Shown here: positions 60,949 through 64,000 of the stretch, piece by piece
Numbering within the stretch: the first letter of the stretch is position 1
How the letters are laid out: each line of letters starts with the position of its first letter
From: a virus
Lineage: Duplodnaviria; Caudoviricetes
Length of the DNA stretch: 64,000 bases
IMG/VR virus record: IMGVR_UViG_3300029448_000025
Span: 653-64,652 of that record
Direction: 5' to 3' (one strand)
Made by a program: the position numbers and the translations under genes
The notes under the pieces: model-generated
What the model saw: the letters and a program-made list of their open reading frames with translations, nothing else
Database searches by the model: none
Told to the model about the DNA's origin: nothing

Positions 60949-61962
60949 ATGAAACATCAATTTCAAGGTCGGAATAAGAAGCGGCTTGAGAACCGACATG
61001 TCGATGATGAAGGGTGCGAATATGGCACTGCGACACTTGGAGGTTCTAAGTGCGTGGTTTCGATTGCTCCGAGTCATGGCGCAGTCATCCGTTCATTGCA
61101 TGGCGGGTCTAAGATTTCAGGCGGCGAACCGCATGACATCAACTCCCCGTATCAATCATTTCATGGGCGCAGTGCATCGAAAGAAGAAGTTTACGCAGAG
61201 GGTTTGAAGGGCGCAAGTCATCAACCTGATGCCGACGCCGTTTCAAAGCACGCAAAGCGATTCGATGCCATCAAAAGCCTTGTTTCAAAGTCCGTGAAAA
61301 TTGTCCGAAAAACGGAAGACTTCGCCGGTAAAGTCGTTGGACTTGACATCGGCGCGGCATTGCGTGGTGATGCGTTTATACGCAACAAAAAGCGACGGCG
61401 CACTCAATCCGAATGTGTCGCCATATTTGTTCCCGTGAATGCGGTCGGGTCGGTCGATTCTCGCATTTGTCAAATCCGCAGTAGTGCGGCGTTGGCATGT
61501 GCGCAAATCCTTGAAGACTCAGGCCAACCCGTTGAAGTCTATGGGCTTGCGTGGTCTTGCGGCGTGTCTATCGGTTATGACGGTCTAAGCGTGGTTAAGG
61601 TCAAGGGTTCAAACGAACCTTTCAACCTCGGTCAAGCGGCTTCGGCTCTGTCTGCGTGGTCTTGGCGTTCTCTGATTTTCGGGTTCCGTGAACTCGGATT
61701 CGCAAACGCCCTTGAGCATCGAATGACCGACGGCGGCGGCAGAAGCATGGTTCCAACTAAGCGATTCTGCGCCGAACTTGCCGACCTTCTCGGATGTCAA
61801 AAGTTCGCCTCAATTGCCCATATTCCCCGACGGGGAACCCGATGGACTACGGCCAACGCTGAGAAAGAAGTCGAGCAATGCACAGACGCCCTAATCGAAG
61901 CACTGAAAGGCATTATGAAGAATGATGATGCCTTTTCAGGTCTGAACTACGGGAGAGACTGA
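60949..61962 (+). CDS. vWA-domain partner of the AAA+ ATPase (degenerate MIDAS)
   Basis: Directly after the AAA+ gene; LDI.AAL.G, VAIFVPVNAVGSV, LE.SG.PVEVY, VKVK...P; SD GGAGGTGA. Confidence 0.7.
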   Translation: MKHQFQGRNKKRLENRHVDDEGCEYGTATLGGSKCVVSIAPSHGAVIRSLHGGSKISGGEPHDINSPYQSFHGRSASKEEVYAEGLKGASHQPDADAVSKHAKRFDAIKSLVSKSVKIVRKTEDFAGKVVGLDIGAALRGDAFIRNKKRRRTQSECVAIFVPVNAVGSVDSRICQIRSSAALACAQILEDSGQPVEVYGLAWSCGVSIGYDGLSVVKVKGSNEPFNLGQAASALSAWSWRSLIFGFRELGFANALEHRMTDGGGRSMVPTKRFCAELADLLGCQKFASIAHIPRRGTRWTTANAEKEVEQCTDALIEALKGIMKNDDAFSGLNYGRD

Positions 61963-62548
61963 GAACCATTGAAAACGGTGGACTGCAATACATTTGAACA
62001 ACTTTAGAAAGTCAAAAAGGAGGTGCGAAAAAGAAGGAAAAGGATAGATTGAGAGATGTGGCCCCGTGTTTCTCAAATCCAAAACATTGCGCAACGGGGC
62101 ATTTTCTCATGCCGATTGGCTCGCAGTGTAGCGTTTAGCCACTGCTTTCTTGCCTCGGTGATTCTCCGCAGAAGTGGCCGATAGGCTCGCAGTCAAGCGT
62201 TTTTACCGCCGCCGCCATTCGACGTGCGATTGATTCTGCGCCGTTCTGTTTTTTCCGGCCTGAAATCTCAAACCTCAAATCTCAAATCCAAAACGACCCC
62301 GCAGTTTTCAATGCGTGGATTTTGCGCTCTACTGTTTCTGCGGAGTTTGAAATCCCCACCTAAATGCGCCCGAAAATACCACAGAAATATTTTGCCCTTT
62401 CTCGCACATGCCTTGCGTGTGCCTTGCGTGCGTGCATCATGTGCGCCTTTTATTTTTTATCGCATGACCCGCATATGTTGGGTTTCAGGCCAAAAATGGG
62501 GGTTTTGGGGCGGTCATTTGATAAGGTGTGGCGCTTTCGCTTAGGTTG

Positions 62549-63783
62549 ATGAGAACGAAAACTCAGATGATAAACAAGGCGAAAAGAGCGATTGAAGAGG
62601 GAACGGTATTCACATACCTGTCCTCGCATATGTTGGGGGTTCCGGCTGAGAGGTTGCACCGTTTCACGGTTCAAGGTTTCTGCAATCAATACGGCCCTGC
62701 TTGGGCTGTCATTCTATGCGACTGCGCAACCGGCGAAGAAAGGAAACTGGTTTTAGAAAACTTCGCAAAGCGATATACCGAGGTGAGCGAATGAGTTTCA
62801 AGCAATGCTGTGTAGCCTGTGGGCGTGAAATGCGCTACAATCCCGCACACTACCTATTCGCTTGTCGAACCGATGGTTGCGAGTGGATTTATCAAGGTGG
62901 CATATTCTTCAATACAGCCGATGATTCACAGGCGGTGGTCGCATGATTCTTTACATGTGCGGCGCATGTGGGGCGGATTACACGCTACCGAGAGATTTTG
63001 AAGCATTGAAGAAGTGCGCAAAGAATTGCGGTGAACCGCATTTGATGATGGAGGAATCAGAATGAGGGGCGGAATCATACGAAGCGCAGACCTTTGCGTG
63101 TGTCGCACAGGTGCGAAGGAGCAGTTTTACACCCTCTACATCGAGGTTCAATGTGTGCGCACTACTGCGCCGAAAGGCGTTTCATACTCGTCATGGTTTG
63201 TTCAGAACCTTGCGCATAAGAAGGAGGATGCTATCGCTAAAGCCGAGGAACTCGGCACAGAATTAGAGGCATGGGGCCACTATGATGAAATCACACTCTC
63301 CTTTCACGCAGAACCACGCCCGATATACACGCGCTATGTTGCCTTTGGCGACATTGAAATGAAAATGTCAAAATCACGCAAAGTCTGGTGGGGCAACACC
63401 AACGAAGAGTTTTGGGATGCGTGGCGAGCAGACAAGGCCGCAGTTAAGGCCGCAGGTTACTGGGTCAAGCGCAACGAAGACGGCAAATGGCTTTTGTTCC
63501 GCAGAGTCGAAGCCGATGAAATCGAATGGAGGCATGAATAATGAAGAAGGAAGGGCAGATATTTACAGCATGGATTAGCGGAACTGCGGTAATCGCTCGC
63601 AGAACTACGCTTAGATGCACCCCTTGCGAAATCAGAGTTCAGGGCGAACCTGTATCATGGGCCTATAACATGGCGAGTGAGGCGGAAACTACGCACTACG
63701 GCTTTCTATGCAAAGGTTGCGGGAGAGATAGCACGCTCTCAACCGATGAAATCCGCAGAATAAAAAAGGGAGTGGGCGAATAA
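62549..63783 (+). CDS. Start of the early micro-ORF operon (62549-62794, 62791-62946, 63062-63541, 63541-63783)
   Basis: TTGATAA box at ~62518, coupled ORFs, SD sites, CxxC motifs. Confidence 0.65.
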
Positions 63784-64000
63784 ATGTTTGCTCTGCTATT
63801 AGTCGGCGCTTTTATTATCATGGTTGTATTGCCGTTGTTCATGGCTTACCTGATGGAGAGGATTGAATGACTGCGTGGCCCTGCTACCGATGCGGTGAAA
63901 TCGCAGACCTGAACGGCCCTCACGCCGAAGGTTTGCCTGTATGCGCACAGTGCGCACCTGATGCGCAACCTCCGATTCTCAGTATTGAACTCGTTCCCGC

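Larger units (their letters stand above)
1..64000. mobile_element. Archaeal tailed dsDNA virus genome (Caudoviricetes, magrovirus-like), near complete and permuted
   Basis: Terminase, portal, protease, capsid, tail tube and tape measure genes together with archaeal-type MCM, RFC, PCNA-like, PolB, AEP primase and ERCC4. TATA-box promoters and GGAGG/GGTGA Shine-Dalgarno sites. No cellular housekeeping genes. Early micro-ORFs at the window end continue in style at the window start. Confidence 0.9.

Overview
The window looks like a nearly complete, circularly permuted ~64 kb genome of a tailed (siphovirus-type, HK97-fold) archaeal virus. It is most consistent with a magrovirus infecting Marine Group II Euryarchaeota (Poseidoniales); the host assignment is inferred from gene content. 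Layout: (i) early region of tightly coupled micro-ORFs (62.5-64 kb continuing into 0-6 kb); (ii) archaeal-type replication module on + (7-27 kb: MCM-like helicase, RFC, SSB-like, RecA-family ATPase, PCNA-like clamp, DNA methylase, PolB, Cas4-like nuclease, primase, ERCC4 nuclease) ending in tRNA-Pro; (iii) AT-richer morphogenesis module on - (27.4-53.2 kb); (iv) phosphoesterase and large terminase on +; (v) a 1.7 kb non-coding region followed by a MoxR-type AAA+/vWA pair. The most striking unexplained signal is a bipartite DNA motif, (CCT)AAACG-N4-ACTG(C/A)G. It occurs about 20 times in the non-coding region, persists inside the AAA+/vWA coding sequence in several frames, and recurs in two homologous ~190 bp palindromic elements at 6.9 kb and 53.5 kb. 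Its CGCA/TGCG core is over-represented genome-wide. Other highlights: a PAC2-like proteasome chaperone candidate, a PolB with non-canonical active-site motifs, a hairpin sRNA candidate next to an atypical tRNA-Pro, a -1 frameshift in the tail chaperone, and a multidomain prohead protease with a nested scaffold gene. All protein family calls come from motif recognition by eye; no database searches were run.
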